Source: Squalus acanthias | Lineage: Eukaryota | Reading direction: 5' to 3' | DNA length: 64,000 bases | NCBI GenBank assembly: GCA_030390025.1 | Contig: CM059433.1 | Coordinates: forward strand, 29,142,001-29,206,000 | In this document: in pieces, positions 38,650 to 51,290 of the stretch | Numbering within the stretch: position 1 is the first letter of the stretch | Layout of the letters: every line of letters starts with the position of its first letter | Translations under genes and position numbers: made by a program | Notes under the pieces: generated by a model | Database searches by the model: none | Told to the model about the DNA's origin: nothing | Seen by the model: the letters and a program-made list of their open reading frames with translations, nothing else

Positions 38650-39680
38650 GGGTAGCATCCCACCTTTCCAGTATTTTTTTGACAACTTTACCACGTTCAG
38701 TGTTATCTTATTTATATGTTCTTCACCTCTTTGGAATTTACCTTATCTCTCTCATTTCTAGCTTTCCTGGTACAAGCAGTACAAGGCCTTTCTACATCAA
38801 TGGCCCAGCCCATGTCAGCGCTGTTTCACTAGTCTTGACGGTGTCCAGACTATCTCACTTTACTCTACCAGATGGATACCTTAACTCCCATGATCACTCT
38901 CATTTTATGTCCTTATACTAATTTTTTTTTAAAATATCTTTGCAATTAGTTTTGTTAAGCGAGCTCTAATTCCTACTTGGCATTATAATATGTTATTTAA
39001 CAATTTGACCTTCACTCGCAGCCTGTGGCTGTTTGTTATCCGAGCTTCGTCAAAACTGCTTTTGACTGTCCTCATGGCTGTATTCAAACAGTCTTTAACA
39101 TTTCCATACCCACAGGAAATCATAGGTAAGATTAGTCGGTCAATGGCTACACTTGAATTCCCATCTACTATATGGTCTCTAAATACCAGTCTTTCGTACA
39201 CCTTCCTGATATAAAGTTCAAATATATTGATTACAATCTGCACAAGAGGTTCCATCCAATTCACCAAACGTGCCAATATTATGGTGCACCAGGGGCATTC
39301 CTATCACAACAAGCCCAATTTTTAAAATTCAGAGCATACACAGTTAGTGCAGTGCAGTGTCAGCCGTGGCTCAGTGGTAGCACTCTGGGCTCTGAGTCAG
39401 AAGGTTGTGGGTTTAAATCACACTCCAGAGACTTGAGCACAAAACCTAGGCTGATTCTCCAGTGAAGTACTGAAAGAGCGCTGCACTGTTGGGGGTCTGG
39501 ATCAGCTCAAAAATAAAATGAAAAAAGATATTATCGATTGAAAACTAGACTTCTGCAGTAGTGTTTTCAGGATTAGTTTCAGGCAGCCAATTTGAAACCA
39601 AATTGGAATCAAACAAGTTCGGCATTTCTCATACAGTATGTTACTCACATCAATAGGTATATTCTTTACAGTGGATTATT
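38650..39680 (-). pseudogene. Highly degraded Mutator-like DDE transposase fossil, split by a SINE head (39357-39497)
   Basis: Reverse strand in order: PIDVSNILYEKCRTC; VNW/DGTSCA (frameshift); IVINIFE...FRDHIVDGNSSV...KDCLNTAMR; RARLTKLI. These resemble the LDxxxxSKxCxxC, NxxGSSxxME, GDGDSS and KxECxxH motifs. Confidence 0.55.
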
Positions 39681-39689
39681 TCATTACAT

Positions 39690-40585
39690 CTAGAAAGGGT
39701 TAATTAATAACCTTGTTGTAAAGGGGCCTTTAGGGAAGAGTGACCGTAATATGATAGAATTTTAGATTGAGTTTGAAAGTGATTTAGTTAAATCCGAAAC
39801 TAGGGTCTTAAATCTAAACAAAGCAAACTACGTAGGTATGAGCGGCGAGTTGGCTAAGGTAGATTGGGAAACTACATTAAAAGGTATGATGGTAGACAAG
39901 CAATGGCTAGCATTTAAAGAATTAGTACATAATTTACAACAAATATACATTCCGTTAAGGCACAAAAACCCCACAGGAAAAGTGGTCCAACCATGGCTAA
40001 CAAGAAAAGTTAAAAGATAGTATTAGATCAAAGGGAGAGGCTTATAATGTTGCCAAAAAGAGTAGTAAGCCTGAGGATTAGGAGGATTTTAGAATTCAGC
40101 AAAGGAGGACCAAGAAATTGATAAATAAGGGGAAAATAGAATATGAGAGTAAACTAGCGAGAGACATAAAAACAGACTGTAAAAGCTTCTATAGGTATGT
40201 AAAAAGGAAAAGATTAGCAAAAGTAAATGTGGGTCTCTTACAGGCTGAGACAGGAGAAATTATAATGGGGAATAAGGAAATGGCAGAGAAATTAAACAAA
40301 TGCTTTGGGTAGGATTTTCTCTGCGGAGACGGGATGGCGGCAGGAGAGCTGGTTGGTGTTACTTGGATTAGAGTAGGGTTGGAAGTGATGTAGTTAGCAC
40401 TCAGTCCATTTTGTCCTTGATATATATAGATGCTTTGGACTTCGGCATAGGGAGTACAATATGGAAATTTACTAATGATACAAAAGTAGGAGATTTGGCA
40501 AATGATGAGGAGGACGAGAACAGACTTCAGGAGGACAGGTTAGCAGAATGGGCACACAAAAAGCAGATATAATTTAACATGGATA
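39690..40585 (+). mobile_element. CR1 ORF2 fragments
   Basis: PLGKSDRNMIEF, DIKTDCKSFYRYVKRKR, EMAEKLNKCF, and a later KFTNDTK motif. Confidence 0.85.
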
Positions 40586-40586
40586 A

Positions 40587-41003
40587 AAAGAATGACTTGC
40601 ATTTCTATAGCGCCTTTCATGACCTCATGACTTCCCAAAGCGCTTTACAGCCAATGTGGCAGCCAATTTGCACACAGCAAGATCCCACTAACAGCAATGT
40701 GACAATGACCAGATCACCTGTTTAGGTGTTGGTTGAGGGATAAATATTCACAAGGGCACACTCCCTTGCTCTTCTTTGAAATAGTGCTATGGGATCTTTT
40801 ACATCCACCTGAGAGGGTAGACAGGGCTTTGGTTTAATGTCTCATCTGAAAGTCAGCACCTCCAACAGTGCAGCACTCCCTGAGTACTATGCATTGGAAT
40901 GTTTGCCTAGATTATGGCTACCAGGCTCTGGAATGGGACTTGGAACCCACAATCTTCAGAGTCAGAGGCGAAAGTGCTATCGACTAAGCCACAACTGACA
41001 CCT
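40587..41003 (-). mobile_element. Deu-type SINE, near full length
   Basis: Reverse complement of 810-1268. Confidence 0.82.
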
Positions 41004-41923
41004 CAGATGGACTACAGAACAACTTGGCCATATAAAAGGATTTAGAAGAATTTCCAAATGCATTGTTTGGTAATGGAAAGATTAAAGGTGTTTGCCACAC
41101 GCAGATGTCCCCATTCGAGCTCGTACGATCGGCCCTCAGTCACGACAAGGCAAGAGGCGATGGGCGGAGAGGTATATATGGAGAAGGTTTTGGGTAGAGT
41201 GGCCAGAGGTCATAGTAACATTGAACAGGGGCAGCCAAAGGCAAAAGGAGGTAACAGGTATCTCCTCACGCAGATTCTTTCGACTGTTTAGCATGAAAGC
41301 GCATCTGAGACTGAGAATAGGATTGAAACCTGCAACATGAAGCTGCATCATCGCACAGTGAAAGCACTTACTTCAGACTTTATTTAGAATCATTACTAAA
41401 TCTGTGAGAATAACATAAGTTTGCTTTTGCAGAGTTTATGCGATGAATAAGGTATTAATATGCCGATTCCATCTGCACAGAATTTAGAATTTATAATTAA
41501 CACTGTTCATATTTATGCGAATAATTGATTGCCAAGGTAATATGCTGTGCAAGTGTGACCACCGAAAAATGTAAATGCTAAGAGTTGGTGAGAACTTCAT
41601 CAGTGTAATAAAGTAATCTGTTATTCAAAGTGAGCTGTCTTCTTGATAAAATGTTCATAACAGATGGTAGGAAGCAGCATTACTCACTGCAAAATGAACC
41701 ATATGAAAATAATCATTGCAACGTGAGTGCCATTTTTCAATAATAAAGAGAGAAATTGTTGGAAATTCACAGCAGTTCAAACATCACCCTGAAGGAGAAT
41801 GATGGGTGAGATCCTTTATCAAGCCCTTTCATGTTTTTCTTTTTATCTCTACAGTTTTTCCATGGTTTTCTTTTTTCTTTTCCGACCTATCCATTTCTCT
41901 CCACCCCCTTTTTTACTCCTGAA

Positions 41924-42379
41924 GAAAAAGAAAGACTTGCATTTCTATAGCATCTTTCACAACCATAGGACGTTCCAAAGCGCTTTACAGCCAATTGAAT
42001 ACTTCTGAAATGTTGTAATTTAGGAAACGTGGCACATAATTTGCACACAGCAAGACCTCACAAACAGCAATGAGATAATGGCCAGATAATCTGTATTTTG
42101 TGATGTTGGTTGAGGGATAAATGTTGGTCAGGACACCGGCGAGAACTCTCCCACTCTTCGTTGAAATAGTGCCAAAGGATCTTTTACATCTACCTGAGAG
42201 GGCAGACAAGGCCTCAGTTTAATGTCTCATTCGAAAGATGGCACCTCTAACAGTGCAGCGCTCGCTCAGTACTGCACTGGAGTGTCAACCTAGATTTTGC
42301 GCTCAAGTCTCTGGAGTGGGACTTGAACCCACAACCTTCTGACTCAGAGAAAACCTACCAACTGAGCCAAAACTGACAC
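41924..42379 (-). mobile_element. Deu-type SINE, full length
   Basis: The reverse strand has box A TGGCTCAGTTGG, box B GGTTCAAGTCC, the Deu core and an L2-like tail. Confidence 0.87.
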
Positions 42380-42457
42380 AGGAACAGAACAGCAGCAGCA
42401 ACTTGCATTTATATAGTGCCTTTAATGTAGAACGTCACAAGGTGCTTCGTAAGAGAC

Positions 42458-42665
42458 CATGATGCGGAGATGCCGGTGTTGGACTGGGGTGGACAAAAGT
42501 GAGAAGTCGCACAACACCAGGTTATCGTCCAACAGTTTTATTTGAAATCACAAGCTTTCGGAGCGGCTGCTCCTTCGTCAGGTGAAGTGAAGAGCAGCCG
42601 CTCCGAAAGCTTGTGATTTCAAATAAAACTGTTGGACTATAACCTGGTGTTGTGCGACTTCTCAC
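42458..42665 (-). mobile_element. Penelope-like terminus with an inverted partial copy (74-bp inverted repeat)
   Basis: 42458-42590 is the reverse complement of about 3592-3724. Arms 42499-42572 and 42592-42665 pair with one mismatch. Confidence 0.85.
42548..42585 (-). ncRNA. Minimal type I hammerhead ribozyme motif
   Basis: UCAC-CUGACGA-A-GGAGC(agcc)GCUCC-GAA-AGCU-U-GUGA on the reverse strand. Confidence 0.78.
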
Positions 42666-43709
42666 ATGTATCCAATTGGCCATTCTTCATGTGCGAATCT
42701 AGATGGTACAGGAGGTAGTTTTACAAGTGCTGGCAGGAGGAATCCTCAGCCACCAGCGAGCGCATGTTGGAAATTTGGCCTCACGATGCCTATGAATTTC
42801 CAACCATGAATCCAATATTGGCCTCACCCGACGTTCACACACACATGTCATCAGGAGTGGGAACCTTGGTTGGTGATTCTCCCTCCCTTGCCAGGTGCAT
42901 GAAAATCAATCCTTACAGCCACCCAGCTCAGATCAGACAACTGGCAACAGACTAGGAATCAATCCTGGAAGCATCTTGTTCTCTGTGGTTCTACAGCGCA
43001 CCCTGAAGTACTCACTAAACCAACACAAGAGCTACGTACAGATTATAAACGTTAGGGATTACAACCCAGATAGGTCACCCACATGGTGTTATTACAAAGG
43101 AAACCTTTGCAGGGCTAAAGAAAGAGGAGGAAAGTGGGTCTGATTGGTATCAGCCGTGGCTCAGTTGGTAGCGCTCTCGCCTCTGGGTCAAAAGGTTGTT
43201 GTTTGTGGGACCTTCCACAATAGTCTTGTGATTAGCCCACAGATTGCCAGTTCAATTGAATCCAATTCCACAAAGTGCCTCAATAGGATTTAAGCATAGA
43301 AACCCCTGGGTTGTTAGTCCAATAACATAACCGCTAGCCTACTGTATCTCGATAGTAAACACAAAGCCAAATGGTCTGTGATGAAAGAATAAGAGAAAGA
43401 AAATTAGAACAGTGGGAAAAAGGAAACAAAAAGACAAATTGAGAACCATGTTTTCACTGCCTGCATCGCAGTTAAACGGGAGAAGGTAGGGCTACAGTAT
43501 AAGGCATCTATACGTGTTAATTTACCGACCTTAGATCTGACGGCCATGGACCATCCTTTAAGCCAAGGTGCAAGCTTCATTGCACCTGAGCTGGAGGGGA
43601 AGGACAAATTGAGAAAACGGTGCAATGCTTTGGTGGAAATCTGGAAGGGAGAATTAAACTATTAATATTGGTATTCACTCATTCAATAGAATACATTAAT
43701 GTAAAAACA

Positions 43710-46040
43710 GCAGCAACAACTTGGATTTATATAATGCTTCTAACGTAGTAAAATGTACCTTTCACAGGAGTATTATCAAACAAAATTTGATGGTGAGCCA
43801 CATAAGGAGATATTAGGACAGTTGACCAAATGCTTCATCAAAGATGTAGGTTTTTAGGAGCATCTTAAAGGAGGAGACAGTGAGGTAGAGAGGTGGAAAG
43901 GTTTAGGGAGGGAAATTCAAAGCTTAGGGCCTAGGCAGCTGAAGGCACGGTCACCAATGGTGGAGCGATTAAAATCAGCGATGCGCAAGAGGCCAGAATT
44001 GGAGGAGCGCAGAGATCTAGGAGTTTTATAGGACTGGAGGAGAAAGGGAGGGGCAAGGCCATGTAGGGATTTGAAACGAGGATGAGAATTTTAAAATCAA
44101 GGCATTGCCGGACCGGGAGCCAATGTAGGTCAGTAAGTACAGGGGTGATGGGTGAACAGGACTTGGTGTGAGTTAAGATAAGGCAGCCAAGTTTTGGATG
44201 AGCTCAAGTTTATGTATGGTGGAAGATGGGAGGCCAGCCAGGCGAGCATTCGAATACTCAAGTCTAGCGGTAACATAGGTATGGATGAGGGTCTCGGCGG
44301 AAGATGAGCTGAGGCAGGGGTGGAGTCAGGTGATGTTACGGAGGTGGAAGTAGGCGGTCTTAGTGTTTGCACGGATATGTGGTCAGAAGCTCATCTCGGG
44401 ATCAAATGTGACACCAAGGTTGTGAACAGTGTGGTTCAGCCTCAGACAGTTGCCAGGGAGAGGGATGGAATCTGTGGCTAGGGAATGGAGTTTGTGGCGG
44501 GGACCATAGACAATGGCTCTGGTCTTCCCAATATTTAGATGGAGGAAATTTCTTCTCATCCAGTACTCTACATTGGACAAGCAGTCTGACAAATAAGAGA
44601 CAGTGAATGGGTCGAGTGAGGTGGCGAAGTAGAGCTGGGTGTCATCAGCGTACATGTGGAACCTGACATTTTGTATTCAGATGATATCACGAGGGGCAGC
44701 ATGTAGATGAGAAATAGGAGGCGGCCAAGGATAGATCCTTGCGGGACTCCAGAGGTAACGATGCGGGAGCAGGAAGAGAAGCCATTGCATGTGATTTTCT
44801 GGCTACTACTGGATAGATAAGAGTGGAACCAGGCGAGTGCAGTGCCACCCAGCTGGACGACGGTGGGGAGGCATTGGAGGAGGATAATGTGGTCAACCAT
44901 GTCAAAGGCTGCAGGCAGCGCAAGAAGGATGAGGAGGGATAGTTAACCACTGTCACAGTCACATAGGATGTCATTGTGACTTTGATGAGAGCCATTTCGG
45001 TATGTGGCAGGGGCAGAAACCTGATTGGAGAGATTCAAACATGGAGTTGCGGGAAAGATGCGTACCGATTTATGAGGCGACAACATGTTCAAGGACTTTG
45101 GAGAGGAAAGGGAGGTTGGAGATGGGGCGGTAGTTTGCAAGGACAATGCAGTCAAGGGTGGGTCTTTTGAGGATAGTGGTGATGATGGCAGGTTTGAAGG
45201 GGAGGGGGACCATTAACAATATCAGCTAACATGGGAGCCAGGAAGGGAAGTTGGATGGTCAGCAGAATGGTGGGAATAGGGTTGAGGGAGCAGGAGGCAG
45301 GTCTCGTGGACAAAATGAGCTCAGAGAGGGCATGAGGGGAGATAGGAGAGAAACTAGAGAAAGATACAAGTTCAGGGCTAGGGCAGAGAGCAACCTTAGG
45401 AGAAGTTTGATCCAGTGGGCTAGGGGAAGGGAGGGACATGGCAGGGGCAGCTGAACAGATGGTCTCAAATTTTATGATAAAGAAGTCCTCGCACTTGCTG
45501 TTGGAGGTGAGGGTGGAGGAGGCAGAGGAGAGGGGGTTAAGAAGATGCTTTGTAGTGGTGAAGAGAAGCCGGGGTTATCTTTGCATTCCGGGATGATCCT
45601 TGAATAGTGAGCAGTTTTAGCCGAGGAAAGCCCGAATTGATAGTATTTTATGTGGTCCAGCCAGTTCTGGCAATGAATGACGAAACCAGTTGTCTGCCAT
45701 AAACGTTCAAGTCTGCGTCCCTTGGACTTAAGGGAGCGGAGAAGAGGGCCGTACCAGGTGGAACGACCAGGGTGAGAGAGAGTAATGGTTTTAATGGCGA
45801 CAAGGGCATCAAAGGTGGAAGTGAGGTTGTGATTGAATAGAAATGTCAGGGTGAATGGAGGGCCAAAGGCTAGACAGTTGGGAATTTGAAAGTGCAGTTG
45901 TTAGTGACTGAGAGAGAGTTTTTTTCCAGGGGCAGACACAGGAGGAAGTGGGCTTGGGAGGGGAAGGGGGATGTGGGAGGAGAGCGATACAAGGAAGTGA
46001 TCAGAGATGGCCTTATCTGTGATTGACACAATGGGAGTAG
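43710..46040 (-). mobile_element. L2 LINE, 5'-truncated and degenerate
   Basis: ORFs 44568-44900 (ALAWFHSYLS, GVPQGSILG) and 44383-44655 (MYADDTQLY, LNIGKT); L2 tail at 43710. Confidence 0.92.
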
Positions 46041-46169
46041 TGATGGGCCAAATGGCCTCCTTCTGTGCCGTTATGACTCTATGACTTATGACTCTATATG
46101 GTAAGGTCAAGGAGATGGCCGTGAATATGGGTTGGGGAGTTTATATGGAGGGAGAGATTAAGAGAGGAT

Positions 46170-46493
46170 AGGATATATTACAGTCAGTTATCACTATATT
46201 ACAGTTATTAATATATTACAGTCTATTATCACTTTATTACAGTTAGGTATCACTATTTTACAGTTATCACTATATTACAGTTATCACTATATTAGTTATC
46301 ACTTTATTACAGTTATCACTAAATTACAATCCGTTATCACTATGTTAGTTATTATTATATTACAGTTATCACTATATTACAGTTATCACTTTATTACAGT
46401 CATCACTATATAACATTTAACACTTTATACAGTCATCACTATATTACAGTTATCTCTTTATTACAGTTATCACTTTATTACAGTTATCACTAT
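46170..46493 (+). repeat. 17-bp satellite, left edge (degenerate)
   Basis: TTACAGTTATCACTATA-type monomers. Confidence 0.92.
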
Positions 46494-48262
46494 GGCCGCA
46501 ATATTGCCGGCGCTCAGATGGTGGGTTCGGAGGCGGGCCCGCTGTCAAAATCGAAATGATTGACAGCGGGTTGGGAGCCTGCTCCAACCCGCCTCCGTGT
46601 AAGTTTCTAAAGTGTCGGGTCTGCGATTTCAGAGCAGACCCAACACCAAGCGGCGGGGTAGGCATTTAAGATAGTTAAATGCTTATTAAACGCTTGTTAA
46701 CGACTATTTTGCCAACCTATTTCTATTTTCCCACTGTTTTAACAAGGTTCACGTCCTTTGGAGATCACATAAGGTAAGTAGGTCGGGTTGTCTGTGTCTC
46801 CCCATTGCTGTGAATAGGTGACAGCTGCAAAAGTGGTATGAAAGCTACCATTTCACAGCTGGTCACTTTCCAATGTCAGAAGCTTGAGCCTTGAGGACTT
46901 GGAAGACACTTTTGAGCTGTATGCAGTTTGGAAGTGTTTGGAGTAAACTCTCTAACCACCGTCACCTCCTTGGAGCAAGCTCTCTCACCACTGACAGATC
47001 ACTTCTGTCATCTCAACTTCAGCTACCATCTATTCCAGCAACATCGGTGTCCTTGAAAAAATCTCACCTTGGTCCTCAGAATCCCACCACGATTAACCCC
47101 AACACCAACATCACCAGGCACACCAACATCACCAACAATAATACCAACCTTCTCCGTCATCACCTGATGCTGCACAGGACACAGGGCATCAGCACCTGAC
47201 ATCATTGCTGCCTGGGAGGCCAGCGATGGCACCACCATGGCCAGATTTACTTCACTTGATGCTGTACACATGATGCGCCAGGTTAACACTACCCCACACC
47301 AGCACCATAAAGCATTCCTACAATGATCTAGCTGTTCCTTTCACACTCATCACCATTGCGGGGGATACCTTTATGTCTCACCATTCACTGCAACTCACTA
47401 AGAGACTTCCAAAGGTGAGCACAGATCCGTACAATAAGGCAAAGTGTTGAAAATAAAGATTTCAATGTTTGACAACATATTAACAGAAAATTTATATGAA
47501 CATTGCATAAAACACCCAAGTGCCTAACCTTTTGTGTTGTTAGTTGGAATGATTGGACTAGGATGAGGGTGAGTGTGATGGGTGGCTAGTGAGATGGGGA
47601 AGTGATATTGTAGATAGAGAGGGATGGATGGAGGTGCAAGGTAAGTTGGTGTGAGTAAAAATGTGCAGGAGTAGGGTAGGGAAGACAGAGTAATGTGGAT
47701 GTGATGAGTGGCACAGCAGGATGAGGTTGAGTGTGGCTTGGCAGTAACGTTTTGTGATCTACTGAGATCATTGAAAGATTTGCGCCACTGCAGCCTGGTC
47801 CTCCTGCTTGTGCCCTCCTGTGCAATGTGCAACCAGGCTGCGTTGATCTCCTGGGGAGGTCTCATCCGCCCATGGGAAGGGAAGAGAACCTCCCTGCATG
47901 CTGTGACTCCCTCCATAAGCATATGGAGGGAGTCATGGGAGAGCCTGGGTGCAGCCGTGCAACTTTGTGCAGTGCTTGTCATTGTTTGCAGCACCTCAAT
48001 GCTGCAGAACACTGACAGCAGAACTGTCAAAATCAATTTGGACATGGCCCCTTTACGGAAACCGGCTGATGACGCGTCATCAAATGACGTCAGCAGACCC
48101 ACTTCCTATTAATTGGCCGGGAACCTCACAGGGCAAGCTTAACAAGCCCTATTAACATAAAATCACTTGGAGAGTGCGGGCTGCAATAGGCAGCGGGCTG
48201 GGAGCGCAAAATCCCCCCCCCCCAGCCGCCCCGGACGCGCCTCGGTCGGCGAAATCGTGGCC
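46494..48262. mobile_element. Non-autonomous Harbinger derivative inserted in the satellite
   Basis: TIRs GGCCGCAATATTGCCG / CGGCGAAATCGTGGCC and TSD TAT. Myb exon 1 remnant on - (APRLSHDSLHML...RTRLQWRKSFNDL, about 47745-47965). Transposase tail remnant on + (about 47050-47255). Confidence 0.88.
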
Positions 48263-48903
48263 TATGTCACAGTTATCACTTTATTAAAGTTATCAATTTA
48301 TTAGTTATTACTTTATTACAGTTATCACGATATTACAGTTATCAATTTATTAGTTATCACTTTATTACAGTTATCATGATATTACAGTTATCACTATATT
48401 AGTTATCACTTTATTACAGTTATCACTATATTACAGTCATCACTTTATTACAGTTATTGTGATATTACAGTTATCACTTTATTACAGTTATCACTATGTT
48501 ATAGTTCTCACTATGTTACAGTTATCACAATATTACAGTTATCACTATATTACAGTCATCACTTTATTACAGTTATCACTATATTACTGTTATCACTATA
48601 TTAGAGTTATCACTATTACAGTTATCACTATACTACAGTTATCACTTTATTACAGTTATCACTTTATTACAATCATCACTTTATTACAGTTATCACAATA
48701 TTACAGTTATCACTATATTACAATCATCACTTTATTACAGTTATCACTTTATTACAGTTATCACTATATTACAGTTATCACTTTATTACAGTTATCACTA
48801 TATTACAGTTATCACTATATTACAATCATCACTTTATTACAGTTATCACTATATTACAGTTATCACTTTATTACAGTTATCACTATATTACAGTTATCAC
48901 TAT
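48263..48903 (+). repeat. 17-bp satellite, middle block
   Basis: Tandem TTACAGTTATCACT(A/T)TA. Confidence 0.95.
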
Positions 48904-49817
48904 GGCCGCGATTTTGCCAGCGCTCAGAGGGTGGGTTTGGAGGCGGGTCAGCTGTTAAAGTCGCAACGATTGATGGCGGGTTGGAAACCCGCCGTGATCC
49001 CGCCTCCCTGTGAGTTTCAAGAGTGCGATCTCACAACAGACCCGACACCAAGGGGCGGGTGAGGGATTTAAGGCACTTCACTCCGTGTTAAGTGCTTGTA
49101 AACTGCTATTTTGACAGTCTTTTCCTATTTTCCAGCATTTTCAACAGGTTTCACGATGTTCGGATATCATGCCAGACAAGTGTGTCAGGAGGACCAACAA
49201 GCTGGATACTTCACAGCTGCAACTGCTATCTAAAAGCTGCACTCTCACATCTGCTCAATTTCAAATGTCAGAGGTTGCTGATTTCATGATTTGGGAGACA
49301 CATTGGGGGAAAAATTCAGTTGGTTGCGCCTCCCGTTAGCGCCTTAAGAGGGCGCTAATGGGGCGCAAAGCCGCTAGCGCCCGGGTGCAGCGAAGTTTGC
49401 GCCGCTCGGGAACTTAACTAGACATTGTGCGGCGGCGCTAAACTTTACCGCCGCGACCACCTGCGCGCGCAGATTGTGACATCATTCCATGGTGCAACGC
49501 CCTTGTGGCGCCCCGGAGCGGAAATTGAGTGGCGCCCCCTGCCTTACCGCCTGGCGCATCCAACGACCGGAAGACTGGAACGCTATCAATCGCTGTGGGG
49601 CTGGGAGGGGGGCGCTATTTAAAGGGGGCCTCTTCCTGTCTTTTTCTGTGGTTGACATTTTTGCACCACTCGTTCTGAGAGAGAGAGAGAGATTCGGAGA
49701 GAGAGAAAGAGAGACTTCTGCATTGAGTCAACGCTTTGTGAGGTAGTTTTGCCTACTGATCCTAACTTCGCTGGTACTTTGGTTGCTGTCCTTCATAACT
49801 TTGCTTGCAAAGAGACT

Positions 49818-50978
49818 ATGGGGGCTGCACTGAATGGGGGCGTCGTCCTGCTCCAGCTGAATCGGAGGACACAGAGACGCAGAGAGAGAGTGGCAATGAT
49901 GGCCAGACGGAGGAGGGCCAACAGGCGTCTGTACAGGAGAGCTTACCCTCCCAGGGTATATCGTGAACAGCTCTCCTACATTCATATGTCTGAGGAGCTG
50001 TGTTTGCGAAGGCTGCGATTCAGCAAGGAGGTGGTCACTGAGCTCTGCCACCTGCTGCAGCCAGATCTGCAGCCTCAACTGAGGTCCAGGACGTCTCTGT
50101 CGGTGGCAGTGAAGGTCACAGTGGCTCTCAACTTCTATGCTACTGGCTCATTTCAAGCTGCTGCTGGGGACCTCGCCAATATCTCCCAGTTCGCGGTGCA
50201 TTGCTGCATCCGGCAGGTCACAAATGCCCTCTTTAAAAGGAGACGAGAGTTCATCTCTTTCCCCATGACCCCAGACAAGCAGCGTGACCGCGCTCTGGGC
50301 TTTGCGAGGATAGCGGGCTTCCCCATGGTGCAGGGCGCCATTGACTGCACGCATGTGGCTTTGCGTGCTCCACATGAGAATGCCAAGGAATTCCGGAACA
50401 GAAAGGGGTTCCATTCCTTGAATGGTCAGTTGGTCTGTGACCACAGACAGCTGATACTTGCTGTCAATGCCCACTATCCTGGCAGCTGCCACGATGTTTT
50501 CATCCTGCGCCAGACTACTGTGGCAGAACTTTTCGAGGCACCGCATCAGCCAGTTGGTTGGCTTCTCGGGGACAAGGGGTATCCATTGAGCACCTGGCTG
50601 ATGACACCGCTCCGTACGCCCAACACCCCTGCTGAGCTGCGGTACAACGAGAGCCATCAAGCTACCAGGAACATAATTGAGCGCACAATCGGCGTGCTGA
50701 AGCAACGGTTCCGCTGTCTCGACCATTCCAGAGGAGCCCTGCAGTACTCGCCTGAGCGAGTATCCAACTTCGTAGTTGTGTGCTGCATGTTGCATAACAT
50801 GGCAATCGTCAGGACCCAGCCAATGCCACCAGGCCTTGGAGCACCACCAGAGGAGGAGGAGGAAGAGGAGGAAGAGGACGAGGAGGATGATCATCAGCAG
50901 CACCAAGGCGGGAGGGCGGCCCACAATGGTGAAACTGCAAGGGCCGTCCATCAACGGCTGATAGCAAGCCGCTTCTAG
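49818..50978 (+). CDS. Harbinger DDE transposase (HARBI1-like family), 386 aa from the first ATG
   Basis: Uninterrupted ORF with LRRLRFSK, ALNFYATGSFQ, GAIDCTHV, NRKGFHSLN, PGSCHD, LLGDKGYP, IERTIGVLKQRFRCL, CCMLHN and an acidic tail. Confidence 0.95.
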   Translation: MGAALNGGVVLLQLNRRTQRRRERVAMMARRRRANRRLYRRAYPPRVYREQLSYIHMSEELCLRRLRFSKEVVTELCHLLQPDLQPQLRSRTSLSVAVKVTVALNFYATGSFQAAAGDLANISQFAVHCCIRQVTNALFKRRREFISFPMTPDKQRDRALGFARIAGFPMVQGAIDCTHVALRAPHENAKEFRNRKGFHSLNGQLVCDHRQLILAVNAHYPGSCHDVFILRQTTVAELFEAPHQPVGWLLGDKGYPLSTWLMTPLRTPNTPAELRYNESHQATRNIIERTIGVLKQRFRCLDHSRGALQYSPERVSNFVVVCCMLHNMAIVRTQPMPPGLGAPPEEEEEEEEEDEEDDHQQHQGGRAAHNGETARAVHQRLIASRF

Positions 50979-51290
50979 GGCCCCTGCTGTGGAAATGGCT
51001 TCTGCCATTGCTAACAACATCAATGAACCCAGCACGCAACCCCTAAGCCGGCCAAGGCACCAATGATTCCAAACACCAAACATGTATATTTTGAATACAA
51101 AAACTTATTTATTTTACAAACTCTGTGTGTGTCATTTCCTCATGACAAACTCATAGAAATAAACACAAAAAAGCAGTCATTAACATAACTGGTTCTCACA
51201 ACCTGGAGATAATGTCCAAAACACTAGACAAAAGTTGGACCACGAACCTCGGCCTTTAATAAAAAAATGACCAGCATTTTGTCACACCTC

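Noticed and set aside
39357..39430. tRNA genes (also at 810, 42310-42379 and 43150)
   Set aside because: The box A/B sequences continue into SINE bodies; these are tRNA-derived SINE heads.
41010..41350. Upstream continuation of the Mutator-like transposase
   Set aside because: The expected first catalytic motif (DGxWxKRG-like) was not found in any frame I translated.
48459..49013. 184-aa ORF running from the satellite into a Harbinger end
   Set aside because: Read-through of satellite and TIR; no evidence of coding.
49818..50978. Domesticated host HARBI1 gene
   Set aside because: It lies within TIRs and a TSD beside a Myb partner gene and is nested in another element, so it is a transposon copy.
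50148..51083. 311-aa antisense ORF over the transposase
   Set aside because: Shadow ORF of a GC-rich coding strand; no recognisable motif.
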